Assembly: GCF_040938485.1 (NCBI RefSeq)
Contig: NW_027271205.1
Location: 62,001 to 126,000 of the forward strand
DNA length: 64,000 nucleotides
Reading direction: 5' to 3'
Origin: Diadema antillarum
Lineage: Eukaryota
The notes below the pieces were generated by a model. That model worked only from the letters and a program-made list of their open reading frames with translations, was not told where the DNA came from and ran no database searches. Positions 1 through 14,583 of this stretch are shown in pieces. The position numbers and the translations under genes were made by a program. Every line of letters starts with the position of its first letter. The first letter of the stretch is position 1.

Positions 1-1480
1 TTCAACATCTATGAAGCAAGACATCGATTTTTTTTTTCCCTCCTCCCTTTCCTCCTCTTCTTCAAAATCCTCCCTAGACATCCGCCAGCCATGTTTGCAC
101 ACAATGAAGGGACCTGCCCATGAGCTCACAAAATCAGATTTGAAAGACTGCACCCTCATGTTATTTCCTACAGGACATTGCAAGCACTTCTACAAATACG
201 ACGAGAATATAAAACTCGGCACGAGACGTCAACGAGAACAGATGTAATAGCTTGCCTTACTGCATGGCGATATCCTAGCACCACTTCCCATGCACACCAA
301 GAGAGTAAATGCTAATGACACAACATTTTGAACCCTAGCGATCACTCTGGTCTACCGAGTAAATGGTGCTCTAGGCATCTTCAACTACTGGCATCACACA
401 CTCTCCTCGAGGCTAGGAATAAGGATGAGAGATAAAGAGGGAATGAATGAGTGAGGGAGGGATGGAGAGACGGAGAGAAGGGTGGAAAAGGCACCAGAGA
501 TGTGAGAAAAGATGAGTCAGAGAAGGACCTGCCAAGGAGTGGGTGATATCTCCTGACAACTTTAAGTACCCAGATTTAGACCACTGGTCCCACACTTAAA
601 TGACTCACCACTACAGCGTAATTTTGCAGCGCCACCAAAGTTTGCCCCCCTCCATCGTGACCTCAGGATGACCTCCCCCCAAATCATCATCTTTCAACTT
701 TGATCCCATTTTAGTTTTGGATTTTCTCTTTAATTCCATTAGTTGATCTCTGACTTGTATCAAAACAGTTCATCCTTCAAATTAGATTGTTTTAAAAAAA
801 AAGACATGATGTAGAGGCATTGTTTACATTCCTTTTGTAGCGATGGCTCTTCTAACACTCGAAACATTGATGTATAAACCTACTTGTGTGAACATCTTGT
901 ATGTCAGGGCTTTAATGCTTCTTCTGTCAGACCCTGTTTTTTTTTAATCAGTCTCTGTTAATGCCACATCAATTTTGTCAACTGACAAATTGGGTTTGCA
1001 TCTCTAATGACAGTCATGTTGTCATTTTGTTAAAGCTCTGGCATCTCAGTTGCACACAAGTCGATGCCCCTGCAAGGTCATTGGGTCATAGGGCAAGAAC
1101 TTGGAAGTTGGTAGGACCCTGTGTTCCATTTCCGGGAAGAATTGCTAGCCTCCTTTCGCAGCATTCCCTGGAGTTGGTACAGAAAAAGTCCCTTCAGTAT
1201 TTCAAGAAGACTCAGTTTCAAAGAAATGCATACTTCATCCTAGTATAGCTTCTTGGAGCTGCAAAGAGGGATTACAGTATCAAGTATACTGAAGGTATTC
1301 AAGTTCTCATCACAAAAGGGATATTCCCGATCAACTTTTTTTCAAGGCTAAAGAGTATGGGCATAATCTTCATCTTATGTCACATCTTCTCTGTTGCTAA
1401 ATTCTGCTACACTAGTGGGAGCTTACCTTTCTCTCCTCATTTTCCTTCTTCTTCCTCTTTCCATCCTACTTCCCCACATC

Positions 1481-2025
1481 CCATCCTATTTTCAGCACCT
1501 CCTCCTCCACACACTCCACCTCCCTACACCCCTTCTCCCTACACCCCTCCTCCCTAAACCCCTCCACCCCTCCTCCCTACACCCTTCTTCCACACACCCC
1601 TCCTCCCTACACCCTTCTTCCATACAACCCTCCTCCCTACACCCCTCCTCCCTATTACCCCTTCTCCCTTCACCCCTTCTCCCTTCACCCCTACTCCCCT
1701 CTTCTCTACACCCCTACTCTATACACCCCTCCTCCCTACACCCCTCCTGCATATACCCCTCCTCCCTACAACCCTTCTCTCCACATCCCATCTCCCTCAC
1801 CCCTCCTCCCTATACACCCTCCTCCCTACACCCCTCCTCCCTGCAGTACACCCCTCTTCCATACACCCTTCATCCATACACCCCTCGTCCCTATACCCCT
1901 TCTCCCGACATCCCGTCCCCCTACACCCCTCCTCCCTACACCCCTCCACCCTACACCCCTTCTCCCTACACCCCTCATCTCTATACCCCCTTCTCCCTAC
2001 ATCCCTTCTCCCCACACCTCTCCTC
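1481..2025. repeat. Degenerate 15-bp minisatellite (CTACACCCCTCCTCC)n
   Basis: Roughly 30-35 diverged units; source of the spurious YTPPP-rich and G/R-rich ORFs. Confidence 0.85.
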
Positions 2026-5000
2026 CAGTCCTTGCTAACACCTGCAGGAAGAGCCGGGCCTATATTTAGCAGGTTCCCCCTGAGCGCACCGACCACTCCG
2101 CATCCACAAGAGATGATCCCAGCACGAGATACCCCTCTCCTGGGTGTGATAACGCCAAATGAACTCTTGTTTCAAAAGGTTGCCGACTTGTACTGGGAGG
2201 AAAAAAAAAAAAACCAAAGGCTGCGTGGAGAACATTGGTTTTGAAAATTGAAGGGGTTATCTGTCCCATGTATGAGCTAATTTTACACGTGTTCCAAGCG
2301 GAGAGAGTGGAACACACCTTTAGTGAACTTGCCTTCGCAAGTAGCACAGACTGCACTTGGTTGGCTTGAATTTTGTCATCACTTTTTTTTTCAAAGCATC
2401 ACACTCGCTGACAACAGGGTGGCATGTAAACTCTTCATGTGAATATACATATGACATGAGATGCATCACATAATTTTATGGCTAGTGACTCTAAATGCCT
2501 AAAATGCATGGCACTCAAGTACATACATTGGTATGCTTAAACATTACATTCGTCAAGAACAAGACACAAACTTTTATGAATTCACTGCATACACAGAATT
2601 TCTATTTTTTTCCTCCTTTGTGCAAATTTACCATGGGTTGTGAATAGAATGTCAGACGAGATCTCGTCCCCAGGGACTGTGATTGCAAGGTAATGGTGTA
2701 CACGATGTACTCTTGCAAGCAGGTGACATACCTGTCTTTCATACGCAATGTTTACTTAAATTTTGATCCGGAGTCAGAACAACATAGCGACAAAGAACCA
2801 NNNNNNNNNNNNNNNNNNNNNNNNNNNNNNNNNNNNNNNNNNNNNNNNNNNNNNNNNNNNNNNNNNNNNNNNNNNNNNNNNNNNNNNNNNNNNNNNNNNN
2901 NNNNNNNNNNNNNNNNNNNNNNNNNNNNNTTATCAGTGGGTGGACATACTGTCATGATTTTATTTGGTGTCATAATTCAATTTGATGTTTTAATTGGATT
3001 TGTGAATTTCCCTATTATTATTGGGAATATAACAGTGTGAATACTTGGCAATAACTACAATGTATCAAACTTGGGGAACATAATGCAAGTTGTGAAAACA
3101 TGATAAAAGGCCACTGTACAAACTCTGTAGAATGGAAGCATTATTTTTTAAGTCACTCGACCTATGCCCTTAAAATTGCCCTAATATGGACCACCTTCTT
3201 TTCTGCCCAAATAATGGCAATATGATACATTGTAAAGTGGAATGAAGCTCTTATTTTTTTTTTTAATTGTGACGAAAATTATCTGGATCTTTTTCCCCCA
3301 CACAAAACTTGAGGCAGCAAAACATTGTGTCCACAATCCTACAATACTAAGCATATGATTCACTGCAGTTACGCATTAATCTCACAACACAAGCAACTAT
3401 TGTTTGTAACAATCTGGTCTTGTAAATATCATGGCTTTATTGGTGCTCATTTGACTGGAATTTTGAAATTTCATTTTCATTTCACAAGCTCGCAAGAGCA
3501 TTTATATGTGGAAAATTTAATTGTGCAATGTCAGCGACATGTAATCAGAATGAAATCCACCCAGTTTCTCTTGTGAAAGAAACTTACACAACTGAAAGCA
3601 CATATTAAACTCTGCACTATGCAACCTCAGTTTCAGTAACTCATACAGAATACTCGTTTCCCAGCTTTCACTTCGCAGAGAGGGGAAAAAAACATACCAA
3701 GGGAATAATATGAAGCGAAAGGACAAAGATTTTACAATTTTATTGACGCAAAATAACGAATGGGTGGAAAACATGTCATATGGCTATAATTTCTCTAAAC
3801 CAGCATACATCCTGCACATTATTCCTGTATTGTGTGGAGGGAAACCTGAAAGATGTCAGTCACAAGGCTGAAGTCTTTTGTTGCTGTATCCTGGACCATT
3901 GCTCTGTGCAACCACAAACTTTCAGTCCCGTGAATGGCAATGACAATCGTGCCAAGCATGTGCGTGCGTACGCAAGAGTCCGGGCAGGGCCAAGTTTTAT
4001 TGACTTCACAAGACCTGGAAGCGAGACTGCAGAGTATTTGAAAGTATCCATTAAGAGCGCAAGAAAGTGAAAGAAATATCTGCAACAAGGGCAGGCCGTT
4101 GATTATAAGAACAATGGTTGACAGCCCAAATTTGCTTGACTGTCATCCTTGAAACAGATAGCTCTTCTCTTCCTTTCTCTTTGTATCTATGACTTTGTCG
4201 CGGCAAAAGTATAACTTGCAGCGCTCTTCAGGACTCCATTCATACAACTGTATGCGATTCTGCAGAGGATATCCCGTCAAAAACCAATCACGGTGCCTGG
4301 ACCCACTATAAAAGGAAGCACAATCTAGTCACTGTATTGGCTCTGGATGATGGAATACTTGAACACAAAGAGTTTCCTCACCGTAATTTGAAATCAACAC
4401 GTGCAAATATGAATTCCCTTCAACGGGATATTATCATGTATCAGTTTCTCACCGTTAGGAAATAAATTCAGTTATTCATTGTGGATAAGTATTGTGCACT
4501 CATTTCAAATAAGCGCCCCCCCCCCCCAAAAAAAAAAAAGTTTGGGGCACTTCATTCCGTTTCAGCGACATAATGCATAAGTTTTACGTAACAATCTATG
4601 GGATTCGTCAATCCTGATCAAACAAAGAATGAACTTGCATAGCAACCAGATGACCACAATGATCCCTCAATTAACACCTGTGAAAGTATCCACTTAATCA
4701 TCATTTGGCATTGAATGTATTAACACTCTCTTTCTATTGATATTGCCAAATACCACTTTTGCTGTCAGGTAGATGTGCTGGCAAGCAACATTTATAAGGA
4801 TTATATGAATAATCATTACATCACAGATGCTTATCTCAGTGAATTTAAAAACCAACATGCCTGTTGGTACGAATAACCTTTTTTCTGCTCATGCACAAAG
4901 TGGAACTGCGAACTGGATTATACCAGTATGTCATCTACACATATATATGTACCATGGACATGGTGAGGAATTTGGAAAAGTTGATAAATGCAGCCAATGA

Positions 5001-5929
5001 CTGAAAAATTCTCACCATCGTTGAAAGTTGTCTTAGGAGGACATAAAGCCCCTGCTGCTTAGCAACATGTACACGATTACACAGTATAGACACACATCTA
5101 TTGTGTATTAAAGTCAGAAAGTAACCAGCATAGATCCTAACAGTTTTTTTCGGGGCAAGGCGTTGGCCTATAGAGGTTGCCCTTTTTCAGCAAAAGGGAG
5201 TGTCCCTTAGACAGATGTGCCATGTCATCAACACAAGGGGAAGGAGGGGGAGGGGCAACAAAGCACCGGACAGAAGTAAAAAAAAAAAAAAAAAAAAAGA
5301 ATCTCACCTGGAAAATTGGGAAATTGGGAACTTACATGCATGTGAGAATACTAAATGCCATCCTTGCCGTACAGTGCCATTTACTTACATACTGTTATTT
5401 CTCTAACAAATATAATCAGGCTGACAATTTGGTTACAGTTGGCATTGACAATACAATGTTCAACAAGGAAGAAAGATGTTTTATTCAGACTAGAATTAAG
5501 TATTCTGCATATGACTAAAACTAGTTACACTCATTCAGTACTGAGATTGCCTTCAATCCACAATAAAACACACACAACAATGTAGGGCCTACATGAATAT
5601 GGATGCATAGACCACAGGTGGAAAAGAACATAATTATTTTCGACTTGTATAATCTTTCCACACGGAAAGAGTAGACATTTCATACTACTCTCATTTAAAA
5701 CACACTATGACCTAAAAGTACATAACCAAAGGACAAGCAAGCTGATATAAAATGAGAAACGTAAAACAGATTGGCAATTAATTCAGAAAAAAAAAGAGGA
5801 ATAACTTATTTTGGGGCACACATCAATACAAACAGTGACCCTCTCACAGTCAGCAATAGGTGGAAACACATGCAGGGCCTTGCCCTCCACCCTCCCACCC
5901 CCCCCCCCCCTTTTTCTCTTTTTTTCTCT

Positions 5930-5976
5930 CTCCCCCTCACCCTCTCCCTCCCTCAGTCTTCCTCTCTCTCTATCTT

Positions 5977-6018
<42 letters not shown>

Positions 6019-6060
6019 CCTCTCTCTCTCTCTCTCTTTCTTGCCCTCTTTCTCTCACTA
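5930..6060. repeat. Compound (CT)n/(CTGT)n microsatellite
   Basis: Visible directly in the sequence. Confidence 0.9.
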
Positions 6061-9000
6061 GAGCAAATCCCTGTTGCTAAAAATAGCCCAGTCTGTGTAA
6101 ACATAGCTGACCTCTGGGTGACCCCACAGGGCATTCCAGGAGAGGCAGCGAATGTAAACAAAGCGGCTCTGGGCCTGACTGCAGGGAAAAGAGAGTGAGC
6201 ATGTACACAGGAACATAATCATATTCATGTAGAAGAGCTAATATCATATTCTCGCTCTTTTCTGAAATAATCTGTGTAAACTACCAATGCTAAACAGTAA
6301 ATTGTAGTGCAGTCCTGCACTGGCAAGAATTACTCAGAAAACTTCTCAGTACTAAACTTGCATTATAGATCCTACTGTATGACCACATCTTCTTTCTGAA
6401 TTACAAATCCTGGTAAACTTTTCTATCCAACCCTATATGTTTTATGTTCACTTTTCAGAGCAATGCCACAAACATTGGACTCAATAGTAGAGGCTTTGAT
6501 AGCGACATTGCTGCATATCACAAGCAATGCAGAATTAATTACAACAGTGCCCTGTCACATATATTCTTTATGATGTCCCTGATTATTGGAGATGTTAAAG
6601 TAAATCATGCTCAAATGTGCTTTGATTTACAGCACTCATCACAGAAAATTTCCATCGAGACATTAACACATTCCTGTTTTCAGAACTCAAAAGCCGATAA
6701 AAACTGCCTAGCCTGGAGAAGTTCCTACTCATTTAACAAGAAGTATACCCAAACTGCCCTCACTTAAGACTTGCAAAAAAAAATAGCTCTCTGCAACCTC
6801 TCTCTAATAAAGATTCTGGAGCCAGGAGGGTAAGAAAGAAAGGAAAAAATAGACAAAGCTGGAAGAATGTATGGAATGCCCGAGTAACAAAGGCTCTAGA
6901 ACAACACCTCTACACTGCCATGTCTTGGCAGAATGAAACATGGCCCAAGGACAATTGGCAATTCAATGACTGCCGAAACATAATCGTCCTGGCACGGAGC
7001 GTGAAAGCGCTCACAAAACCAAAACCGGCAGATTATCTGGATTACATTACTCCACGATAACTCCGAGGTAGTCTAGTCGGGCAATCAAAGAAAAGCTAAA
7101 CCCCCATTCATTCTTTCACTTGTGAAATGAACAGATGCTGGTATACCACCACCACGCACAATGCTGCTACCCTTCAAGAAAAAAAGGGGGGAGAGGGTAC
7201 TAATTAAAGCTCACATGCAGTAGAGTTGATCTAGACATGTGAAAAAAATGTACTTGTGTATGAAAGTCCTCTTTCTCTTGGAAAGGTATCAATTGTGTTG
7301 GTTAAATGGACCCGAACTATCATACAACGCATTTCTTTTTCATAGAAGATATAGTCTGCAAGGCTAATGCTGCTCCATCAACTCATATTAAATACTTAAC
7401 TCTGGGGGAAACATCAGGGTTTCCAAAAATCCCTGATTTCTCTTCCCCGATTTCTTTTGAACCCGTTTTCTATGTGCCTCGGCAGGAAAACATCTATCTC
7501 TTTCACGCAAATGATGATGGGCTGGCGATAATCGCGCGAGCTGTAATGGCACCACCGCTCCACACCACTCCGCCAGGGGGAGGTCCCCCGCATTGTGCGA
7601 AAGCCCGAAGGCAGACAACTGCTTTTGCTGGCGAGCACAAAGGGGCCATTGACAATAACAAACAGTTTTCACGCTCCGGTGGAGCAATTACCCTCTTTGA
7701 CTGAAATGCCGCCTGTCACTCGAAAGTATCACATTCTACGAGCAACGTTCGCTTATTCCCTCATGCAACCCTCTCCACCCCCAATCCTTTACTCCTTTTT
7801 TTTTTCTTTTTGTCAGAGGTCCAACAACCAAAGATATGTTGGTATGCGCTTGCGCTGCCAAGACTCAGTTCATCGTGTGCAAACTTGGTTCCACTTGGCT
7901 TCGTCAAAACTCTGCCAGAACCCGAGGCTACACACGTCACACAACTGGCAATTCTGCTGGCGGCTTGAGCCTGCACAATGACTTCATGCTCTGCTTAAAC
8001 TCCATTCATGAGGTGAACTCGTTCATTTCATGCCTAAAATTGCTCGTTTTTGCCATTCAAGAGGATGGGAGACCCCTCTCTAAAAGAGCGTTTGGAATTT
8101 GCCACTCTCTTTTTCTCTGGCAGTGAATTCTCCCCAGATTCAAATGAAAACCCTCACCATTGCAGCCAGATCTAATCCCGCTTTGCCGCAAATGATCCGT
8201 GCCCAATTTTTTGCCAAACTATAGCTCCAGCCTCGTGGGTGGAGATTCCTAATGAATCACAACCATCTCCTCTTGAGGAACCATTAGTGCACCAGTTAAG
8301 TCACACATTGCACAGGAACATACATGTAATCATACAGTATACTCCAGAGGATACTTTATGCCGCCTCCAGTGATATACAGGCACCATATATTTTCCGCTC
8401 TTCATACTGAAACTAAGTATCATCATGCCATCTAACAACTTCAGACTACAGAGGGAAAGAAAATAAATTCAAGTAATCAATCCTGGCTTATATTGTGCAA
8501 TGTCTTCCCAAATGGCAGAGTATGTGGTTAATGATATCCTAGGTTTGACCACAATGCCTAATGACAACTGACGCAAAACACGTAACAAAAGTAAGTATAG
8601 AAACGTGGCGTGTTTTCCAACGAGTGCTGCCAAAGGCAGACATTTCGACATTTTAAAAGACTGGGATGCTACAATCCCATTTGCATGAAACGCTCCGTAT
8701 TCACGATGCGAATTTTCAAGACACAAGCGTGGCAGACTTTACACATGATGGACGGCCTGCCTTGAATTAAGGCTACACCTGTAACAGCACACTGACAGGT
8801 GGAAGCAGACGACCCAGCACCGCCCAACCTGAGAGAGATGTGACCTAATTCCACCCCCAGAGACGTCTTCGTCAAATATGCCTTGTCTCCAGTCACTGAA
8901 GAGCCGAGGACATTCGTGGTTTTCCTCTAGTTCGTTTCAGATGCAGAGGATAGTTCGGTTGACTTTTCTGAAGGGGCGGGGAGGGGGGGGGGGGGTGGCA

Positions 9001-11679
9001 GGGACAGGTGTAAAAGCAGAGGAGCACCTGAGTATAAGGGAGCATCAAAGTCAGTCCTGCATTCACAAACATAAACTCCCTGGAAGCAGCTAAATTTGGT
9101 AACTGCCAGTGTGGAACCACCTCCTGAAATTTGGTCAAAATTTTGTCTTCCAACACTGCGACAGAATCTTGAGATTTTCGATTGACCTGCCTGTCTGAAT
9201 GAAACTTTCTGTCCTGTACACTGTATGAACTACACTTAACACAAAACACCACAACATTTCCACCCCCCTCCTCCTTCCCCCCCCCCCCCCCAAAAAAAAA
9301 AAAAACAAAACAAACTTCGGAGCCTCAAGACAGAGCGAGGATGGATGGGGGAGTCTATGTTGCTACTGTCCACAGTAGTATCCATGTATGATGCTTTGAA
9401 ATGGTGTTTCCTTGTAGATGAAGCTCTACCTTTTACAGTGCATTTCCATGCTGTGTTCAAGTAGATTTTCATAAATAAGAGCAGAGCAAATTTGGACAAG
9501 CAAAATGATGCAACTATCAACACTACAAAACATTCAGTATTAAAAAACAAAAAAGTTCCATGTGAATTTTCACAGCATGGTGATATTGGTTGCATCCACA
9601 CATGCAAACTCTCTGAGGTAAGATTGTGTGAATAACTCCCTTCTCTCCCATGGTGAATAGGAGTGGATATTCAGTAGTGAATGCAAATCTTAAATGTATA
9701 GTCACAATGGATGTGCACAACTGTACAGCATCAAGCATGTACATGTATAGCTTTTACACAGGCCTTTATCAGCTAAAATATATAAGTATACCCATCTCTT
9801 CTTAATTCTGTATTTGAATGACGACTGCCTAATTCCATCCAATCAGTGAGCCACAAACACAGTTCTTTCGCATCCCAACAATGCACCACTCAATTTTCGG
9901 TGGGTACAGTTTGTGGGATGTTGAAATGAAATTACTGCATTCAACAAGAGAAGAAGAAAGCAGGTACTGGATAGAAAAGGTTTCGGAAGAAAAGACATCT
10001 CCAGCCTCACCTGCCGCTCACACTACTGGGCCCCCAAGAATCCTTTGTGGGGCAGAAAACCTCCTCATTTGACTAACTGTAGACACAAGTCATTAATCTG
10101 ACAATCAATAACCAGTTTCGGTTTAACTCAGTCAATGACAAACCTGAATACCTCAAAGGGGTGAGTCAATCTGTCATGGCATTATGCCCTTTTGTACCCA
10201 AACCCATCTCACACTCACCCTCTTTGGGAGCTGGTGGAGGGGAAGGGGGGCAGTACATTACCCCTGTCCTCTGTAAAGGTTTATTGTTTTCTCTCTTTTT
10301 TTTGGGGGGGGGGAGAGGTGGGGGTGGAATTGTAAACAAGCTAGTTTCTAGCCTGGGGTAAGTGCGTCTTCTACCTTGTCAATGCAAAACTACTAAGGGG
10401 CTGTGGATGTAAGGGAGAAGAGGAACAAATAAATTGACGGGGAACAGTTAGATAAACCCTCTGTTGACCAAGGCAAGTATAAAGTAGAGAGGGAGAGAGC
10501 ATGCAGGGTGCTGGGATATTATCTCTCTCCCAGCGACTGTCCCAGCTTATTTTCGTAGGCACTTGTCGCCCAGTATGAGCCTTTGAGAAGACAATGACCC
10601 TACATCCTTCCACTCTTCTCTCTTTCCCTCTCTCTCTCTCTCTTCCCCCTTCTCTCTCCTTTATGACAACAACCACATTTACGGTACTGGGGTGTTGCAG
10701 GCTCCCAGTTGGGAGCTCATAGACATTGTGTGTCCAGCACCATTGCCGTTTTTCTCTTTTCTTTTTGAAAGAGCAAAGAGCGGGAACTGGAGAAGTGGGC
10801 GGGCTATGAATCATCCAACAGTTATTAACATTCCTCTTTGGATACCGGGAGAGTAGAGCTCAAAGAGAATCACCTCTTGGGGTCGGTCAGAAAGCTGACA
10901 AAGCCCCTCTCTGCGTGTGCACAGGTAGAGAGAGGTCGCATGTGTGTGCCTGCTCGGGGACGCATTACGCTGTGAATTCCTTGTGATTTTAGAGCCATTC
11001 ATTTAACGAGAATGAAACTGCATGCCATTCTGCTTATTCAAAATAACAGTATCAATGGCTCATTAGTTGGAAAGCCTATCTTTTCTGGGGAACAATATTG
11101 CGCTGAACTAAGTTTTCAGCGTACGTAAATTCAGATGATTTATGGACAAAACAGTCCAAACTAATGAGCAGTTCCTTCAGATGGGCAGTTTAAATTCCCT
11201 TTATCATTTCCAACAACCACAGAAAAGAAAAAAAAGGCCCAAATGCAGTTGATCACATAAAGTTACATTTAGTCAGATTAATGTGGCCAACTGAAAAAAA
11301 TACCACCATTATAAAGCTTTCTAAAGACCATTTACATGTATACATGTTAATACTTAATGGCATACTAATGTGTCTATATTGGATGAAACTAGTCATTTTG
11401 CTGGTATAATATGATATATTAGGGAAAGACTTTCAGACTGTTGGTCTTCAGCCAGACCTTATATTGCACAATGTCTTATTGCACATAAGCAAGAAATACA
11501 GTTTGAGGATTTTTCTTTTTTTCTGGCATGTTCTCAAGACTTTTATTTTGATAAGTCTTCATTAAAAGAAAGAGCAAAGAAATAAATTGTTCTTGATAAT
11601 TCAGGCAAATCATGGCAAATATTCCCACGCAAATTGGGGGCAGCCATAGTGACAAATCATTGTGAGTATTACAAAAGTG

Positions 11680-14028
11680 AACTAGAGATTGTAATTTGTC
11701 ATCACTGACAAATTAAGGTGATCCGATTTTTTTTTATCAATGATTCGAGTCCTGATCGCAATAGACATGACCATACAAGTTTCATCTGTGTTTAGAGACA
11801 TTGGCCGTGTGATGTTTGCATTCTCATTTAGCAAAGGGAGTCATATCTGCCATGTTAGGTACCAAATTCTGTATACACTATAACGAAGAAACAGCAACAA
11901 GTACATATGACCTTTGACCCACCTTTGCACTCCCAAGATTGCATCTGATGAAAAAGTGGTTATTTTGTGAAATGATTCTCGCGACATCGTCTATACGTGT
12001 GAAAAATATGGGAAAGATAGGACAGGTATTCACTAAGATACAAGATGAAACATTTATGACCTTTGACCCTGATTTACATACCCAAGATGTTGTCCGATCT
12101 AGTAGTTGTTATTTTATGAAATAATGTACGAGCCATGAACTAAACATGTGCAAAATATGGGGGTGATAGGGCGTGTTTTTCTTGAGTTATTGCAAAGAAA
12201 GTTGCAGAAAGAAAGAAATATCTCAATACATAGAAGACAAGCTTTAATTTCAACCAAGTTTTTTTATCGTAATTCCGACATCGTATGAAAAAAACTAAGG
12301 GCACATAACGATAGCGCAAAGTCTCAGCTACAACATATTAAAATCTGGGAGAACTTCACCGAAGGGTAAGTGAGCTAGTGCTCGATAAAGACAATCATGT
12401 TAATTTTCACATTTAAAAAAATTCCCTCCCATAGAGATAACACGTCATAACGAAGATACAAAAAGAAGTACATATGACCTTTGACCTCAATTTGCACAGA
12501 CAAGATGGCATCTGACTAAAAAGTGGTTATTTTGTGAAATGATCCTTGTAACATGGTCTTTGCGTGTGCAAAATATGGGAAAGATAGGACATGTATTCAC
12601 TAAGATACAGGGTGAAACACTTATGACCTTTGACCCTAATTTACATACCCAAGATGGTGTCCGATCAAGTAGTTGTTATTTTATGAAATAATTCACGTGA
12701 CATGAACTAAACATGTGCAAAATATGGAAGTGATAGAGGCCGTTTTTCTTGAGTTATTGCAAAGAAAGTTGCAGAAAGAAAGAAATATCTCAATACATCG
12801 AAGATAAGCCTGAATTTCAACCCAATTTTTTGACGTGATTCTGACATCTTATGAAAAAACGAAGGGCACACTTACGGTAGCGTAAAGTCTCAGCTACAAC
12901 ATATTAAAATCTGGGAGAAATTTACCGAAGCTTAAGTGAGCTAGTGCTCGATAAAGATAGTCATGTCAATTTTCATTTCCAGAAAAACTGCACTCCCATA
13001 GAGATAACACGTAAACTGGTCAAATTTGACAAGATTACTTTCAATCCATTTTTACGAGGTGATACCGTTATCCAATCAAAATTTAATAATTTTATGTTTG
13101 AAAGAACATTAGATAAGCTACATCATACTGAAATCTGGGTGAAAATTGACAAAGGACTAGTGAGATACGCTCGAATGAACTTGAAATTTGATGACGTCAT
13201 TTTGAAAATTTACTTTTTTTACTTCATTAAGAAATTTGATATCTTTTAATCATTTTGTCAGCATTGCCACCCCATGAAATGACATGTACAACTCATCAGC
13301 TTTCAAAATATGTACAGAAAATGGGGGGTCACCGTCCATCCTGACGAGTAAAATCGGATTTAAAATTGGCAGTTTTTTGGCATAGTTGTACTGTATATCG
13401 CCATTGACGCGCGCGCGGAATTTCAACTTTGACGGGCCCGTATGACGTCATATTGAGTCAGATTGACTTGAAACTTGGTAGAAATATTCCTTGACATTTC
13501 AGGCAGCCGATAAGTGTGAAAAAACTGGAAATTTCTATTGCATATGAGCTGTGCGTGCGTATATGCGCGCGCGCGTACGCGTCCGTCGATTTTTTCTGAA
13601 ATACTCCAAATGACCTGAAACGTGTGCAAAACAATTTTGAGCTCGATTGGAACATATTAAAATTTCAACGCGCGCGTACGCGCTCGTTTACCAGGGTCGT
13701 GATGAAATTTTATTAAATATATCAATAGAACTTGACTTAAACTATATTATATGTAAATGTCATTGAGAAATTCCATTTCATTAATGAGATACGAATGTGA
13801 ACGTGATTTCAGATAATGACGTCATAGTGACGTCATGGTTGACTGATCACAAAGATACATTAGATCTGTCGTTCTTATGACGTGATACATATATGGTATA
13901 AGTTTAAAAGTCATAGGTGAATTACTTTTTGAGTTAACCGCTGCACAACATTTGAGGAGAAAGAAATAAAGAAGAAAGATTCAGTACAGATACAATAGGT
14001 GATCCGAGAGGATACTCGGATCACCTAA
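11680..14028 (-). mobile_element. Non-autonomous Helentron/HINE (DINE-1-like) element with an internal 567-bp tandem duplication
   Basis: Terminal hairpin TAGGTGATCCGAG/CTCGGATCACCTA (13996-14027) followed on the minus strand by a TTCT-like microsatellite. The matching subterminal repeat AGGTGATCCGA lies at 11716-11726, then a stem-loop AATTTGTCA-TCAC-TGACAAATT (11693-11714) and a CTAGTT end (11680-11685). The interior has TGACCTTTGACC motifs and duplicated units at 11881-12447 and 12448-13012. Confidence 0.75.
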
Positions 14029-14483
14029 CTATTGCTGGCATACAGTAGTTTCTCAATGCAAAACCATCTACGTCTTCATAGGGTGGGTGCTATTAAAGCA
14101 TAGCGAGTATATTCTCCTTGTCACGCCATGTCTGAACCACATTCATTGAACTGCAATAATATTCTTTGAGTTCAATCGGGGTGAATGAAAGCTCTGACAA
14201 AGACAACACCATGCATATCAGCAGCAGGAACACACACACGGTACACATATTGAACACTCAACATGATCATCGAACATTCGTGCACTCCTACCAGACGCTG
14301 TGAATGTATACAACAAATGGGGCGCACAATCCATGCTTCGAGGAATTTGCAATTTGCATGCATGATATGGTACACAAGCATAATGCAAATACAGTAACAG
14401 CCTCCAAAAGCTGCCATCCCCATGGTCTATGATAGAACAATGAAATTGGAGGTCTCTTAAATGTAAGAGATGTTTTAGTTCAT

Positions 14484-14548
<65 letters not shown>

Positions 14549-14583
14549 GTAGGTAGATGGATGGACAGACAAACAGATAGATA
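14484..14583. repeat. (GATA)n microsatellite with degenerate tail
   Basis: Visible directly in the sequence. Confidence 0.92.

Noticed and set aside
1394-2096. 214-aa and related ORFs with YTPPP (extensin-like) or G/R/E-rich translations
   Set aside because: They are translations of the 15-bp minisatellite, open in several frames on both strands, with no splice or domain support.
5771-6198. Cluster of overlapping ORFs (SVCL/RQTD repeats)
   Set aside because: Microsatellite translations.
7306-7704. 132-aa ATG ORF on the plus strand inside the ZSWIM intron
   Set aside because: No recognisable domain, weak start context and no linked exons; compatible with chance in a GC-richer island. A BLASTp or RNA-seq hit would revive it.
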